Origin: Lingula anatina | Lineage: Eukaryota > Animalia > Brachiopoda | DNA length: 64,000 nt | Assembly: GCA_051362555.1 (NCBI GenBank) | Contig: CM120643.1 | Location: 29,702,848-29,766,847, forward strand | Direction of reading: 5' to 3' | Shown: piece after piece, positions 63,639-64,000 of the stretch | How positions within the stretch are numbered: position 1 is the stretch's first letter | Layout of the letters: each line of letters begins with the position of its first letter | Notes under the pieces: generated by a model | Database searches by the model: none | Seen by the model: the letters and a program-made list of their open reading frames with translations, nothing else | Told to the model about the DNA's origin: nothing | Translations under genes and position numbers: made by a program

Positions 63639-63942
63639 AGCCCAGATTATATTTACACGGGCGCCGTGCGATGAAATTGTCTGTACAATATTTTTAAATC
63701 GTAAGGAGCTACGATACTTTACATTAAATCCGTATTAAATCCGTACGATTCCGCACCATTTCGCACGGCCACCGTCTACCTCCGCTCAGACGCCGTACAA
63801 AAATAGTATTACGCGCAGTATACGTGCACCGTGCTGAGGCCTTTGTCCAACAGTGGAACACTATAGGCTCTAAATGATGATGATGATGATGATGATGATA
63901 CGTGCACCGTACGGGCATCGCATCTCAAATGTTATCTAGGCT
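63639..63942. mobile_element. Harbinger-like MITE, TTA TSD
   Basis: TTA|AGCCCAGATTATATTT...AAATGTTATCTAGGCT|TTA. Confidence 0.7.
63833..63897 (+). mobile_element. Extremely 5'-truncated RTE-clade LINE (or derived SINE) 3' end
   Basis: GAGGCCTTTGTCCAACAGTGG (EAFVQQW, an RTE ORF C-terminus-like motif) and an (ATG)n tail. A 13-bp TSD, ATACGTGCACCGT, lies at 63820-63832 and 63898-63910. Confidence 0.75.
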
Positions 63943-64000
63943 TTAGTTACAGTTTACTGCGAAGCGTATCTTTTTTCTTCTTACTTATCTACTTTATGAG

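Overview
AT-rich, intron-rich, repeat-dense eukaryotic DNA. The gene content and transposon families suggest a marine invertebrate, probably a mollusc (inference). Two spliced host genes, largely invisible in the ORF track, were reconstructed by hand. One is a 9-exon Tan-like (peptidase C45/AAT, Ntn-hydrolase) gene on the minus strand (10237-17910, 391 aa). The other is a 6-exon IFI44/IFI44L-like TLDc + P-loop GTPase gene on the plus strand (39562-45495, 476 aa). The rest is mostly mobile DNA. A very young full-length Ty3/Gypsy element (48978-56371) has apparently identical 462-bp LTRs, a tRNA-Lys(UUU) PBS, an RRM/PNMA-type Gag, a -1 frameshift signal with a likely pseudoknot and one frameshift in pol. 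Decayed remnants of a second Gypsy lineage carry a baculovirus-F/errantivirus-like envelope gene (about 29.9-35.5 kb, and inside IFI44L intron 4). There is also an intron-containing Crypton/DUF3504 tyrosine recombinase split by a Harbinger MITE, an intron-containing Ginger1-type integrase, many MITE/foldback elements and several minisatellites. No rRNA, tRNA or CRISPR was found. All protein assignments come from motif recognition by eye, with no database search.
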